DNA from: Octopus sinensis
Taxonomy: Eukaryota
Assembly (NCBI RefSeq): GCF_006345805.1
Contig: NC_043000.1
Coordinates: 10,168,001 to 10,232,000, forward strand
Direction: 5' to 3'
Length of the DNA stretch: 64,000 bases
Shown in pieces: positions 1 through 13,114 of the stretch. Every line of letters begins with the position of its first letter. The stretch's first letter is position 1. The notes beneath the pieces were generated by a model, which saw only the letters and a program-made list of their open reading frames with translations, was not told the origin of the DNA and did no database searches. The position numbers were made by a program, and so were the translations under genes.

Positions 1-404
1 ACAAGTGAGAAACATTGTCACAAACTTTCTAGTTGTCAAACCATGCTATACTCAGATCATCCTCTTTTTCCTCCATCCATAGCATTGTTGATCAATAATT
101 GACCTTTGCAGTCATGAGAATCATTGCACCATCTCTTCTGAAATAAGTCAGTACATCTTGATGTTTATCATTTGCGATATCATTGCAGGATGGACAATAA
201 TGTCCATCCTGCAATGATATCGCTGTAGAAAGAAACTCGAGAGTTTTAAAATTTAGGATTTACTGCTTATATATATAGATGAGATTAAAATGGTTATTCT
301 TTTCAGTGAGTAAGTTAGTTGTTACCAGTTTTTTCCTATCTTCTTAAACTCAAACTAACACTTTATCTGTGTCCCTGTAAATATATTACTCGGAAGTGTA
401 AGAC

Positions 405-599
405 AGAAACGTTAGTAAGCCGGGCGAAATGCTTAGCGGTATTTCGTTTGTCTTTACGTTCTGAGTTCAAATTCCGCCGAGGTCGAATTTGCTTTTCATC
501 CTTTCGGGGTCGATAAATTAAGTACCAGTTGCGTACTGGTGTCGATCTAATCGACTGGCTCTCTCCGCAAAAATTTCTGGCCTTGTTTCTAGAGAAAAG

Positions 600-600
<1 letters not shown>
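405..600 (+). mobile_element. tRNA-derived SINE family A (Octopus OK-like)
   Basis: B-box-like GAGTTCAAATTCC, body gccgaggtcgac..cctttcggggtcgat and (TTA)n tail. Further copies at about 4525-4675, 10580-10760, 46340-46560 and 47240-47460 (+), and 43250-43460 and 16380-16510 (-). Confidence 0.8.
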
Positions 601-640
<40 letters not shown>

Positions 641-641
<1 letters not shown>

Positions 642-855
642 GAGTGAGAGAGCAGTGTATGCCATCTAAGTGTCCCTGGGGTACAAATATACGAAGCCAA
701 GTATACCCATTATGACTACCCGTCTGATTAGGGTACACCAGGCACATGCATCACAACCCTATGTGCGCGACATGGTGACATCATATCAAGATAAACAGCG
801 CATGATCTTGCAGGTGGGCCCCAGTTAGAATTTTCTTCTGGTCGAGTAACCCATA
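641..855 (-). mobile_element. Approximately 215-bp element in (TAA)n, probably the 3' UTR of a second Dong/R4-like family
   Basis: Homologous to 31845-32056 (opposite strand). Ends ..cactgctctctcactc followed by (AAT)n, with trinucleotide arrays on both sides. Confidence 0.6.
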
Positions 856-884
856 TATTATTATTTTATTATTATTATTATTAA

Positions 885-915
<31 letters not shown>

Positions 916-925
916 TATTATATTA

Positions 926-989
<64 letters not shown>

Positions 990-1791
990 TAGACTACTTT
1001 GCATTATTAATTTCTTTATATATACTTATCTCAGTCTATTTCAATGTAGTAATAAATTCTCTAAAGACAGATCGATAATAGACTCTGTCACTATTGTTAT
1101 TGATGAGAGTGACTGATAATCTGGTAAAACATCGTTTTAACATCTAAACATTGTTATCTGCACAGGCTACTAATAGAATACTTTAGTTATTTTTATTTGA
1201 ATGTCCACAACACTGTCTCTTTAGAAAATACATTTACAGTTTATCTACATTTTCTCAATTGTTATTTTTTCCATTAAGCTGAAATTTTTTTTTCTGCTGT
1301 ATCCGGGTGTCACCAAGAAAGTTGAGCTATTGTGCAACAGTTGAAAATTCGATTTTGCTAGAAATGAGTATCGAAGTAAATTTAGAATTGACGTAAATAA
1401 GACAGTAGCACTGCGGACTTTTTAAGCGCGAGTGAACCATGATAAATTTGTAAATCAGGAAAAAAAGAGGGAAACAAATAAATGGAATTATAGTCGTGGA
1501 TTTTAGAGTTGTTGAATAATTGATGGTGTGAAAATAAAGAACGATAAGGGATTGTAAAATGTTTTACTGAAAATAGTAACCATTAGTCGTACGGTAGTCA
1601 GAGTAAATGATTGTTAGTCAACCGAGAACGAAAAAAAAATGCTTTTATTAATAAAATGTTTATAACCAACCACATGGTTCTGGGTTCAGTCCCACTGCGT
1701 GGCACTTTAGGCAGGTGTCTTCTACTATAGCCTCGGGACGACCAAAGCCTTGTGAGTGGATTTGGTAGACGGAAACTGAAAGAAGCCCGTC

Positions 1792-1841
<50 letters not shown>

Positions 1842-2320
1842 ATGTGTGTGTGAATGTTTGTGTGTCTGTGTTTGTCTACCCAACATCGCTTGACAACCGA
1901 TGCTGGTGTGTTTACGATCCCCGTAACTTAGCGGTTCGGCAAAAAGAGACCGATATAATAAGTACTAGGCTTACAAAGAATAAGTCCTGGGGTCGATTTT
2001 CTCGACTAAAGGCGGTGCTCCAGCATGGCCGCAGTCAAATGACTGAAACAAGTAAAAGAGTAAAATAGGATCCAAGAACTATGTGGTGAAATAGTAAGAT
2101 TACAAAGTATCTGTTTATCATGCCACTGAATCTAAGGTACGATGCATCAAGTTCTACCTCATGACACACAACGTCACGACTAGCGAAACGATCAAAGAAC
2201 AGCGAAACAGAATTTTTTTGTTTTAGATACTTTCAATGTACTCAACAAAAAATTTGCCAATGTCTCATGGGACATCCCATATACTTCTCACAGCACACCA
2301 TTGTAAAGTACTTCCACAAG

Positions 2321-2683
2321 CTAGTAGTAGTAGTGGTAGTAGTGGTGGTGGTGGTGGTGGTCGTCGTCGTAGTAGTAGTAGTGGTGGTGGTGGTAGTAAT
2401 AGTAGTAGTGGTGGTGGTAGTGGTAGTAATAGTAGTAGTAGTAGTAGTAGTAGTGATGGTGGTGGTGGTGGTCGTCGTCGTCGTCGTAGTAGTAGTAGTG
2501 GTGGTGGTAGTGGTAGTAGTAGTAGTAGTAGTAGTAGTAGTGATGGTGGTGGTGGTGGTGGTGGTAGTGGTAGTAGTAGTAGTAGTAGTAGTAGTGATGG
2601 TGGTGGTGGTGGTGGTTGTCGTCGTCGTCGTAGTAGTAGTAGTGGTGGTGGTGGTGGTAGTAGTAGTAGTGGTGGTGGTAGTG

Positions 2684-2721
<38 letters not shown>

Positions 2722-2772
2722 GGTGGTGGTGGTCGTCGTCGTCGTAGTAGTAGTAGTAGTAGTAGTAGTAAC
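2321..2772. repeat. Compound trinucleotide repeat (GTA/GTG/GTC blocks)
   Basis: Direct inspection. It is the source of the poly-Val, poly-Ser/Gly and poly-Tyr/His pseudo-ORFs. Confidence 0.97.
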
Positions 2773-2863
2773 TTCCTACATTAGAACATTTATTGAAAAA
2801 GCGAGATACAGCTGACCACATGACGACATCAATCCGGGTCAGGAATATTTATTATGCGCTTAA

Positions 2864-2898
<35 letters not shown>

Positions 2899-2930
2899 TA
2901 ATTATTATTATTATTATTATATTATCATTA

Positions 2931-3002
<72 letters not shown>

Positions 3003-3117
3003 GACCGGCGACGGGTTAAAGCTTAGAACGATAGAAAGATATCGAATATTCGAAGGTAAATTCGTTCAAGGATCTGACGTGCTACTACTACTACTACCAC
3101 TACTACTACTGCTGCTG

Positions 3118-3175
<58 letters not shown>

Positions 3176-3973
3176 CCTCCTCCCTTCGGGATGTAACCCC
3201 CTCCGCTCTTTTTGTTACAGAGATTTTGTGCTTTTAGTTGGATTAAGAAATTTTAAGTTGTTCACAATTTTGCAGTGTCCTATGTGATCGTCTAGTTTGC
3301 CGAGTGCCTTGTGTCGGCATTAGCAATACAGTATATTTTAACTAACAATACATGTTGCTTGAGAATTCTGGAAACGTATTTATTAAACCTGAACATTTAT
3401 ATGCCTCTCTTATAAGATACATGAAATTATGTATGCAAGTAAGGAAGCTCATTCGAATCCAACGTTTCCTGCTATTTTCAAATTAACAAACGACATAAAG
3501 ATAAAAATAATTTTCTGCTGGCGTGCTAGATGAATCTAAATTCTGTTTTTATTTGCGGTTCAATGTTTTTCAAATAGTTCCTAATGCTAATAATGGTCTG
3601 GAAGAGAGCGTGGTATTCATAAATTTCAATTTACTATGAAATGTAAAACCAGATTACACCAAATCGCAGCTATACATATAACTATTTTCTATTGAGATCC
3701 AAGATAAAAATGAGAATCTATATATATGATCTTTTCGCATTATAACTTGCAATGTATTTCTCAAAGTCTCTTATTGTGCTCCCAGCAAGAGGTTCAAGAG
3801 GGTTTCTAAAAACTTCCCTTCGGCTATTTAAGAGGACAACTTTGAGAATAGCTAGTACAAGGTTGAATCCAAATTCTCAAATAGTTTATCGTTAAAGTAA
3901 TTATATTTTGTATATTACGCCATGTTATTGATTAATTTGAAATAACATCGACTATTTTTTTTTCTTTTTATAG

Positions 3974-4057
3974 GGTATGTACAGAATTTCCATAAATCCT
4001 GCAACAAACTACTTTTGGTTCACTGTCCGGAGAATTATGCCAATGTGACCATGATGA
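3974..4057 (+). CDS. Internal exon of a universal stress protein (USP/UspA-domain) gene, N-terminal part
   Basis: Pyrimidine tract plus AG at 3972-3973 and GTGAGT donor at 4058. The 84 nt (phase 1 at both ends) read (W)YVQNFHKSCNKLLLVHCPENYANVTMM, matching the 'WY...H.....l.LvH' segment of metazoan USPs. Not in the supplied ORF track. Confidence 0.75.
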
Positions 4058-4066
4058 GTGAGTAGC

Positions 4067-4157
<91 letters not shown>

Positions 4158-4478
4158 ATTTATACGCGCGCTGTGGCCAGTAAGTGCTTTGTTCTGAATG
4201 CTGAGTATGTGTTTAAGTTATATATTTGCCCGCAGCAATCCCTAAGGCATTTAGGGGATCATTTGTTGTCCATTACTGTATTCTGGTTATCCCCCTCGCC
4301 AGACTTTTATATTTGAATAATTACTCCATTTCATTTAAAGATATATTACCAAATGTTGGAACACTATTACTTCGATTAATTAATTAATTAATTTATTTAT
4401 TCATTCATTCATCTTCTTCTTCTCCTCCCCTCCTCTCCTCCTCCTCCTCCTCCTCCTCCTCCTCCTCTTCTTCTTCTT

Positions 4479-4509
<31 letters not shown>

Positions 4510-4679
4510 TTGTTATTATTGGAAGGCGGCGAGCTGGCAGAATCGTTAGCACTCTGGACAAAAGGCTTAGAGGTAATTCGCTCGTCGCTAAGTTCTGAGT
4601 TCAAATTCCGCCGAGGTCGATAAAATAAGAACCAGTGATGATGTAATCGACGCATCCTCACTTTCCCCAAGCTGAAATG

Positions 4680-4732
<53 letters not shown>

Positions 4733-5774
4733 TATCAGTTATTACAATAACTGTCATATCAATGGTGGATGACGTTATACGGGATCTCATTAACGCTCTT
4801 CATTCTTATTTACAAACTTTTGGAAGTAGTTTCTTTCAAAAGGATTCCAAGAAATCATTTCGGCAATTTTTGAAAATATTTCCCTTATTAATTAGTATGC
4901 AATACACAGTAAACTAATAGATTCTACGTTATATACTGGTCCTTTTTCAAATATACATCCACACATTGTTTATAAGAAACTCCCTGATCACTAAGCAAGG
5001 CTCCTTCACTGGACTCTTACGAAATCCTTAGACAGACTTAGCTAAGCAGAGTGATACCACTGGCTCTTTAAATTAAAGAGTACAGTCTATCCTACGAGCT
5101 TTCACAGTTTTACTCTAATGGCACCGTTTAGTGGTATCGAACTCAAGACCTCACAATTGCTTTGAACACACCATGCCTTGTTTTAGCTATTAGCTATGTT
5201 TATAGCACTCTTCTTCCTATTCTTCTGTGATCACTTTTATGAATTCAGCAGCATTACTACCACTTCCTTTGCCACCACCACCACCACCACCACTATTCCA
5301 TTACAGATGCTCACCTCCTCCTTATCCTCATCATCAACAACAGCTGTATTAGCACCAACAGCAGTGTAAAGCTAACCACGTTACGTTATGTATTGCTCGC
5401 TATGGACTCTGATTGTATAAATACAGCAACGGTAGACTTAGAGTATGCCTGGAAAAACAAAATACGGCAAGGTCGAATTTGGTTTATACATAGATGGGTG
5501 ACCAAATTTGGAACCTTGTAAGAAGAACCTAGTAAGAACATATGGCAGCATAATTACCAGATGAGCGATCCTGAACGTATTAAAATCCCTAAAAATATCC
5601 AATCAGAGTGATCTCATAGTTTCTGGTCCAACAAATTCCACTTATACGAGACAGCATTTTAATCAACAATTCCTTGCTGTCGTTTCTTCTCTTGTAACTA
5701 ACATGCATATTTATTTTATCTGTTTTTCTCTGTCTATCTTCGAATTAATAGATACATTATTAACCACATTAAAG

Positions 5775-6370
5775 CGTCGAGCTGGCAGAAACGTTAGCAC
5801 GTCGGGCGAAATGCTTAGCGGTATTTCATTTGCCGTCACGTTCTGAGTTCAAATTCCGCCGAGGTCGACTTTACCTTTCATCCTTTCGGGGTCGATTAAA
5901 TAAGTACCAGTTACGCACTGGGGTCGATATAATTGACTTAATCCGTTTGTCTGTCCTTGTTTGCCCTCTCTGTGTTTTGCCCCTTGTGGGTAGTAAAGAA
6001 ATAGGTATTTCGTCTGCCGTTACGTTGAGTTCAAATTCCGCCGAGGTCGACTTTACTTTTCATCCTTTCGGGGTCGATAAATTAAGTACCAGTTACGCAC
6101 TGTGGTCGATATAATCGACTTACTACCTATGTCTGTCCTTGTTTGTCATCTCTATGTTTAGCCCCTTGTGGGTAGTAAAGAAATAGGTATTTCGTCTGCC
6201 GTTACGTTGAGTTCAAATTCCGCCGAGGTCGACTTTACTTTTCATCCTTTCGGTGTCGATTAAATGAAGTACCAGTTACGCACTGGGGTCGATGTAATTG
6301 ACTTAATCCCTTTGTCTGTCCTTGTTTGTCCTCTCTATGTTTAGCCCCTTGTGTGCAATAAAGAAATAAG
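5775..6370 (+). repeat. SINE family A with internal tandem triplication (about 180-bp unit)
   Basis: The unit atttcgtctgccgttacgtt..aaagaaataggt recurs at about 5824, 6008 and 6188. Confidence 0.88.
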
Positions 6371-6999
6371 ATACCTTATTAACCACACTTTTGCCTTTGA
6401 AGTAAATACAGATCAAGATGAATTATTTAAGGTCTCTCACAAATAACTAATGCAAAATGTTTGACCAATGAAGGAAGAAACCTATTGAACGTTTATGTTT
6501 ATGATAAAGAAATGTATGTAAACGATGTCAGCCATATTTTTGCAGTGAAAATATAAAAATAAACTTTAATATATGGACGATATAATCCTAAATATACGAA
6601 AAGTATCAATAAAATCAATAGTTCAGACAGAATACAACAGAATTCTTAGGTTACTTTAATATTACGGTCCATAAATTAATTATAAATTTGGCAAGAATTC
6701 TAGCATTCTTAGTTGACCAAGAGACAAAAGTAATCCAAAGCTGTGTCATGAAATTCAACTATATTCTGTGACATTTGGAATTACTTCTAACACACACGCA
6801 CATACACAGACACACACACACAATAGCACATAAAGTAGAATTAAGAGTCGTACGTCAAAAGTGGTAAGACGAAGTACGTAGTATCAAAGCATCACCTGAG
6901 CAAGAACCCCTATTTAACTGGTGTCATGTGCGTGAGCACATGTGAGCGCGTGCGTAATATATATATATACATGTGTACACGCATATATATATATATATA

Positions 7000-8045
7000 A
7001 AATAATATGTTACATTACTCGATAGTCAAGATAAAACTCTGAGTTTCAGATGCCGAAGTGGGAATCCACGACGCCATCTCTTCGGTTATCTGGCTATTTG
7101 AAAACGCTATGAAAAAATACCGTTATACAAAGGGAAATTACTGTGTTATAACTCTGCTTGCCTGCGTACTTATACATCGCTATGTAAACGTACACATCTT
7201 CACTCGCATTTTTCGCCATAAAAAATTATATAAGAATACATAAAAAATATGTAAAAAATATATAAAAAATATACATAAAATATATATAAAAATTATATGA
7301 TAGACTGTATAATGAGGTAAAAAAACCTTCCTTCGTGAGACATAACATAGAAAGCATGTTCTATCTGTTTTCTTTAGGGGACCAAAAACGTAACAGAAAT
7401 TTAGTCACATATGGGCATGACCCGAAAAGTTCTGTCCTTGAGTTTAGACATGTAGTAGGGTCTAAGCTTCTTTTCCAGATAAGCCATCTCTCCATGTCGC
7501 ATAGACCGCACCTTCCGCTGCCGTTGGTATAGGGCTTACATTTGGCCAAAATCTTCCAATGTATGTTATAATCGACACCTTTATCTCTTAAAGACCAAAT
7601 ATGATTAGATAATTGTGTCGCTTTTCTTTTGTTCCAGTGCCTAAAGCTCAAAGTGTGGTTATTGAACCTAGCCTTGAAATTACCTTCTGTAAGGCCCACG
7701 TATTTCTTCGTCGAAACGGTGTCTTTAGTGGTTATAGAGTCTACGGTAGTTTCATATATGATGGTCTTGGACATGCAAGCTCCATTTAGCGGGCACAATT
7801 CTTTATTCCTGCATGAACAGCTGTTTTCTTGTTGTGTTTTTTGTATGTTATGTTTGATTATGTTTTTAAAATTGGTAGTGGAACTAAAACTAATTTTTAA
7901 ATTGTGTCTATTGAAGAGTTTCCTATAAGTATGGTTAACTGGAAAATGTCTATCTATCAGTGCTAGGAAATATTTACCTATATTGAAGGCCACCTCGGGT
8001 AAGTAAGGGGGTGTAAACCAGATGACCTTCCTTTTCTATTATTCC
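7000..8045 (-). mobile_element. 5'-truncated Penelope-like element (Cys-rich linker plus C-terminal GIY-YIG endonuclease) with 3' UTR
   Basis: ORF 7361-7993 has CSC..CPLNGAC, IIY...KYVGLT (GIY-YIG), RFNNH, C..C and LNSRTEL. The same frame upstream gives KRKVIWFTPPY. The 3' UTR contains a hammerhead-like motif. Confidence 0.88.
7022..7097 (-). ncRNA. Type I hammerhead ribozyme-like motif (U4C core variant) in Penelope 3' UTR
   Basis: Minus strand: AGAUAA CCGAAGA GAUG..CAUC U GAA ACUC-A-GAGU U UUAUCU. Stems I, II and III are complementary, with predicted cleavage after GUU. The core has C at position 4 and one extra nucleotide before GAA. Confidence 0.6.
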
Positions 8046-8309
8046 TTTTATATATATACACACACACACAAGACCTTCTATCTATAAATGTTCTAATATC
8101 TACACAGCCTTGGTTTTTATTCATCTCATTACGCAAAAATTCTTATGTAAACATGCTGACATATGACCAACGTTGAACCCCTTATTCGCAAACTCACCAA
8201 ACCTGGAACTTAACTATGGTCTGTCTATAGCACTTATTCAGCATTACCTGACACCTTTGGGTCTCACTGACACCATTGCCTCTTATAACCTCAATTTCTC
8301 GCTATATAT

Positions 8310-8419
<110 letters not shown>

Positions 8420-10134
8420 GACATACATACATATTATGCATGTGTGTGTGTGTGTAATTGTTTTTTTTTGTGTGTGGTTTTGTTTTTTCCGTTTGAAGAT
8501 TACTTAGGCTCGAAACCTGAAATAACGATTCGTTATATTTAATGGACGACACGATATCTTTTCATATGTACATACTTGTACAGTTAAGTATAGAACGTAA
8601 TTCTATACTATTAATCTGCATAAAGCACCACATAACCATTTCAAAGACCAAGTTATTCTTGATTGCTATGTACTGATATCATCTTTGATTACAACAATCT
8701 CATACATTTTTAAACATCAACGAAAAGCAATATTCATTACAAATGATTTCTTTCTTCTTTTCACAGTGGAGGAACCTGATGGTATAACATTTTTGTTTCA
8801 TTATGTGTGAACTTCCGATTATATCAATTAACCTGTTTAATATTTTTAGTGATTTCACTTTGTATTTTCCCCCGAATTATCATCGACTAACTATAATGTT
8901 TGTTTTTTTGTTAATCCAATGATTCATAATGCTCTTGAGAAACGCATGCGCTTCATACATTCCTATTTCCCATTGCCCTATAGATTTAAAGTATATATAT
9001 GTGAAATCAATTTATCAATAGGTGGGCTTGGATTTGAAGAATCGATAGAGCAATCGGCTGAGATGGTTCGTAGTTTTATGTCCCATTGCCTTGGAAATTT
9101 AAACCCCGTCGAGGTCAGATTAACTCTTAAACATTTCGTGGTTGATAAAACAAATTACCTGTTAAGTATAGGAGGTCGATTAAATCGTTTGTACCTTTCC
9201 TTAAAATGTGTGGACTTGTACCCAAGTTAGAAATCAATATTTTTCAGGTTTACTTTTGAAAATATAAACTGCCACTCCTGTAATCTTCAAATGTTTGACC
9301 ATTGAAAATTATAGCATTTTCCATTTAATATTTCAAGTAATATGAACTATAGAATAGTCTTCTCTATATATTACTTAACGTGTATATTCTGTAGAAAGCC
9401 ACACAAATATGGTATTTGTTTCGAGGAAGAAGCAGGAATAGACGTATAGTGAAAAAAAAAAAAGCAAAAAGGGAAAAAGTACAGAAAAACATCATTAGAC
9501 GAAATTCGTCTCGCGGCGGCGTGGAATTGCTAAATCCAGTTTTCTGCATATTTGCACGTCATCAGCAGCACGCATCCACACTACATACGTAGGCAAATTT
9601 AGTCTCTACTAATACGGAAAATCATTGATTAACAAATAACTGGTGTCGCATAAAGCCGGCAAGCTTCGTGAATTCGATATTAGCGACGGAAGCAGTATTA
9701 TTTCAAAACGAGGATATATTTTAAAATTATAATATACTTTTTATCCAAATATTTAACTTAGACTGTGTCATATCTAAACTATAGAGTGACTAGTAAAAGA
9801 GTTTTGTACTTTATTTTCAATGAAAATGTTTGAATGAAATATAGAAAAAGATATACATTTAAATATTTTGATTTAATTAGACTCTAGGTTTAGATTATAT
9901 TGTAATTTACATTTAAATATTTGAAGAAGATTATATTTTTACATTCAAATTATTTCGCATTATGTCTGAAATGCAGTGTTTAAGATATGTACTTGGGATA
10001 TCATAACGAGATAGGAATATCATCATGTAACCTACTTTCTTATATAGAGAAGAAGAAGGAAGAAACTGAAATGGTTCAACTACATAATAAGAAGCTCATG
10101 TAATAATTATGTAGCCCTGGCATTTCACCAAGAT

Positions 10135-10230
10135 TACCCAGACGTCAGAAAACGTGGCAGACCACCTCGGAGATGAAATTTCAAACGGCTTATCGCCCAC
10201 AACATCCGAAAGCAGAGAAGCCAATTGAAG
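10135..10230 (+). mobile_element. Small degenerate RTE-type 3' fragment
   Basis: YPDVRKRGRPPRR resembles the P..KR.RGRP..RW motif. Short. Confidence 0.35.
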
Positions 10231-11839
10231 ATGATGGCGATGGTAGGAGAGAGAAAATATTTTTTATAGATATGGTTTGGATCTCCGTCGGATTATTGCA
10301 TTCTCTTACTTGTTTCACTCATTGACCTGCAGTGAAATTGGGGTAATTTAGCATTAAAATGAATGATTACTCAGTTCTTTTTGCATAGTATATATTTATT
10401 AAGCTTTTACAAGGAAACTGTTGGTAGTGACTTGGAAGTTACCGCTTGCTCGCTTTCTCCACACATACCCACAAATGCGCATGCTCCCACTTTTTATGAC
10501 GCTAGATAAAAACAGCAGTTGTTAATAAAATTGAGTAAAAAATTATAGCGAATCCCCATTATTATTTCTAACCTTGGCAAAACTGGTTGGGTAGCGGGTG
10601 CGCAAAAACATCGGGCAAAAACGCGTTGGGTATTTATTCCGTCTCTTTAGTTCTGAGTTCAATCTCTTCGGTACATTTTTGTATCCCTCCTGTGTCCAGG
10701 AAAATAAATATCAGTTGATACTGAGGTCGATGATATCGACTAATCCCTTTCACTCTAACAACTCTGCTAATCTATAGCCTATTATCCTTTTATATTTTCA
10801 ACAGTTTTCCGTAAATGGACTGCGACCGTCCCGGAGTACCGTCTTGAAGGGTTCAGTCAAATAAGTTGACCCCAGGGCTCTATTTTTCTAAAGTCTGGTA
10901 CTTACATGTCTTTTGGTCCCTTTCGCTGAACCGCCATTGCATCGGTAATTCATATTTGAGAGTTGAAGCAAATTACATTTATATTGAAATAATATTGTCA
11001 GAAATATTTAATAAAAGATCGGGAGCTAAAGAGGATTTATCGACGAAAATATTTTTATTCTGTTATATGGGATTCATATGAGAGACAATAAAAATATGTA
11101 ATGAGAATAAGAAGAGAACACCAAATGGAAGGATTTCTAACTAATAAAAATTTACATAGACACAAGAATAGAAATTTGTATCGATCCAACGACATGGCTA
11201 GAACTCGTTTTATCAATGTTAGAAGAATGAAAACTAAACCTGATGTTGGTGGATTTTGAACTCAGATTGAAAATAGCTGAAATTAAGTACTGCAAGCCAT
11301 TTTGTCCACTGCTTCAACGTAACAGATCCTAAATTTTGATTCAAACGAAAACTATATTCTTTCCTATATGAAGCAATAAATTTACTTTAATTACAAGTCG
11401 TTTAATAGAAATAAAAAGGTTGCAAGATACGAAAAATCAATAAACTATATAGATGGGAAAATCAACCCAGAACAAATATACAAAAATGTTAAAACTCTTT
11501 TGAAATTAACTAGAAGAATCATTGGAATAACTTTGTGCTTACTTTATCAGATCTTTTCTAAATGGCGGCCATAACATTTAAATATCTAATTACATTTCTT
11601 AGATATTGCTAAATACTTGAAGCATAACTGATTCGTTTTAGAATCATTTTTATCTGAAAATGTTAAATTCCCGAGGTGCTTCTGTTTGAGAAGGTCAAAC
11701 AATTCCATAATTGTTGAGTCAATTTATCCTTTTAAAAACCCATGCACTTTTTTATTCCCTTTGGCTGCATTATCATTTTCTATCAATAATAACAATAATG
11801 ATGATGGGGTATTTTTTCCAAGGATAGTGAAGTATTGTA

Positions 11840-12480
11840 TACTCCTTACCGAGCCAGACAAAATGCGTAGCAACATTTCACTTGTCTTTAATTCCTACGT
11901 TCAAATTCCAACGTTGTTGATTTTTGCCTTTCATCCTTTGGGGTCGATAAAATAAGTACCAGTTGAGTACTGGGGTCGATGTAATTGACTTAGCCCCCTC
12001 CTCCGAAATTGCTGGCCTTGCGCCAGAATTTGAAACCATTAATATTATTATTATTAGAGCAGTGAAGGCGGCTAACTGACAGAATTGTTAGCACGCCGAG
12101 TAAAATGCATTGCGGCATTTCGTCCGTCTTCACGTTCTGAGTTCAAATTCCGCCAAGGTCGACTTTGCCTTTCGTCTTTTTGGGGTCGATAAATTAAGTA
12201 CCAGTGAAACACTGGGGTCGATGTAATCGACTAGTCTCCTCCCCGCAAATTTCAGGCCTCGTGCCTTTAGTAGAAAGGATTATTATTACAGCGGTGAGCT
12301 GGTAGAATCGTCAGTACACCGGGAAAAATACTTAGAGGCATTTCGTCTATCTTTACATTCTGTGTTCTAATTCCACCGAGGTCGACTTTGCCTTTCATCG
12401 TTTCAGGATCGATAAAATACGTACCAGTCGAGCACTGGGGCCGATATAAATGACTTATCCCCACCTCTGAAATTACTGGC
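11840..12480 (+). mobile_element. Three head-to-tail SINE family A copies
   Basis: Copies at about 11840-12040, 12060-12280 and 12290-12480, separated by short (TTA)n. Confidence 0.8.
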
Positions 12481-12501
12481 CAAAATTATTATTACTATTA
12501 C

Positions 12502-12576
<75 letters not shown>

Positions 12577-13114
12577 CATCGTTCATAGGTACAATATTTA
12601 TTGCTAACAACAGTTACATAACAAAGAACAGTTAAGTAGACAAGGCTGTTACATATATATTAAATTCTTACAAGACTATAACTATGTCTACATCAGGTAT
12701 TGAACAAATCGCTACGTAAATACAACCACTATTATATCGACTATAAAACCTCTATTACTGTTGACTCGCTATAAATTCTAGGCAAATTTCACTCATAGTA
12801 TATTCTATCACTTTAAGTAAGAAGAACACATTAGCTGTTGTAATCCTACGTATCTATAAAAGCTTATGGCTACTGTTGTATTTATTTATGTTATAGGTTT
12901 ATTTAAACGTGTTTGATCAGGTTTAAACAACACCAAGAACGTAAAACATCTAAAACGATACGAGATATTCACCAACACCCAACAACAATTAAGTTGAAAC
13001 TATATCGGATATTAAACGACAAACAGGACTAAGTTTATGGACAAACGTAGTAAGCACTAAGATCTATTGAAGGCTATCACAACTCCCCTCACGGAACTAT
13101 TGATTCTTATATTG

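Noticed and set aside
5775-6370. Regularly spaced repeats resembling a CRISPR array
   Set aside because: Units are entire 180-bp SINE segments with no unique spacers, in a eukaryotic context with no cas genes.
8767-8781. Possible 15-nt microexon (ttttcacag|TGGAGGAACCTGATG|gtataa)
   Set aside because: The donor is weak, the peptide does not resemble the missing USP segment, and it would not fix the phase mismatch.
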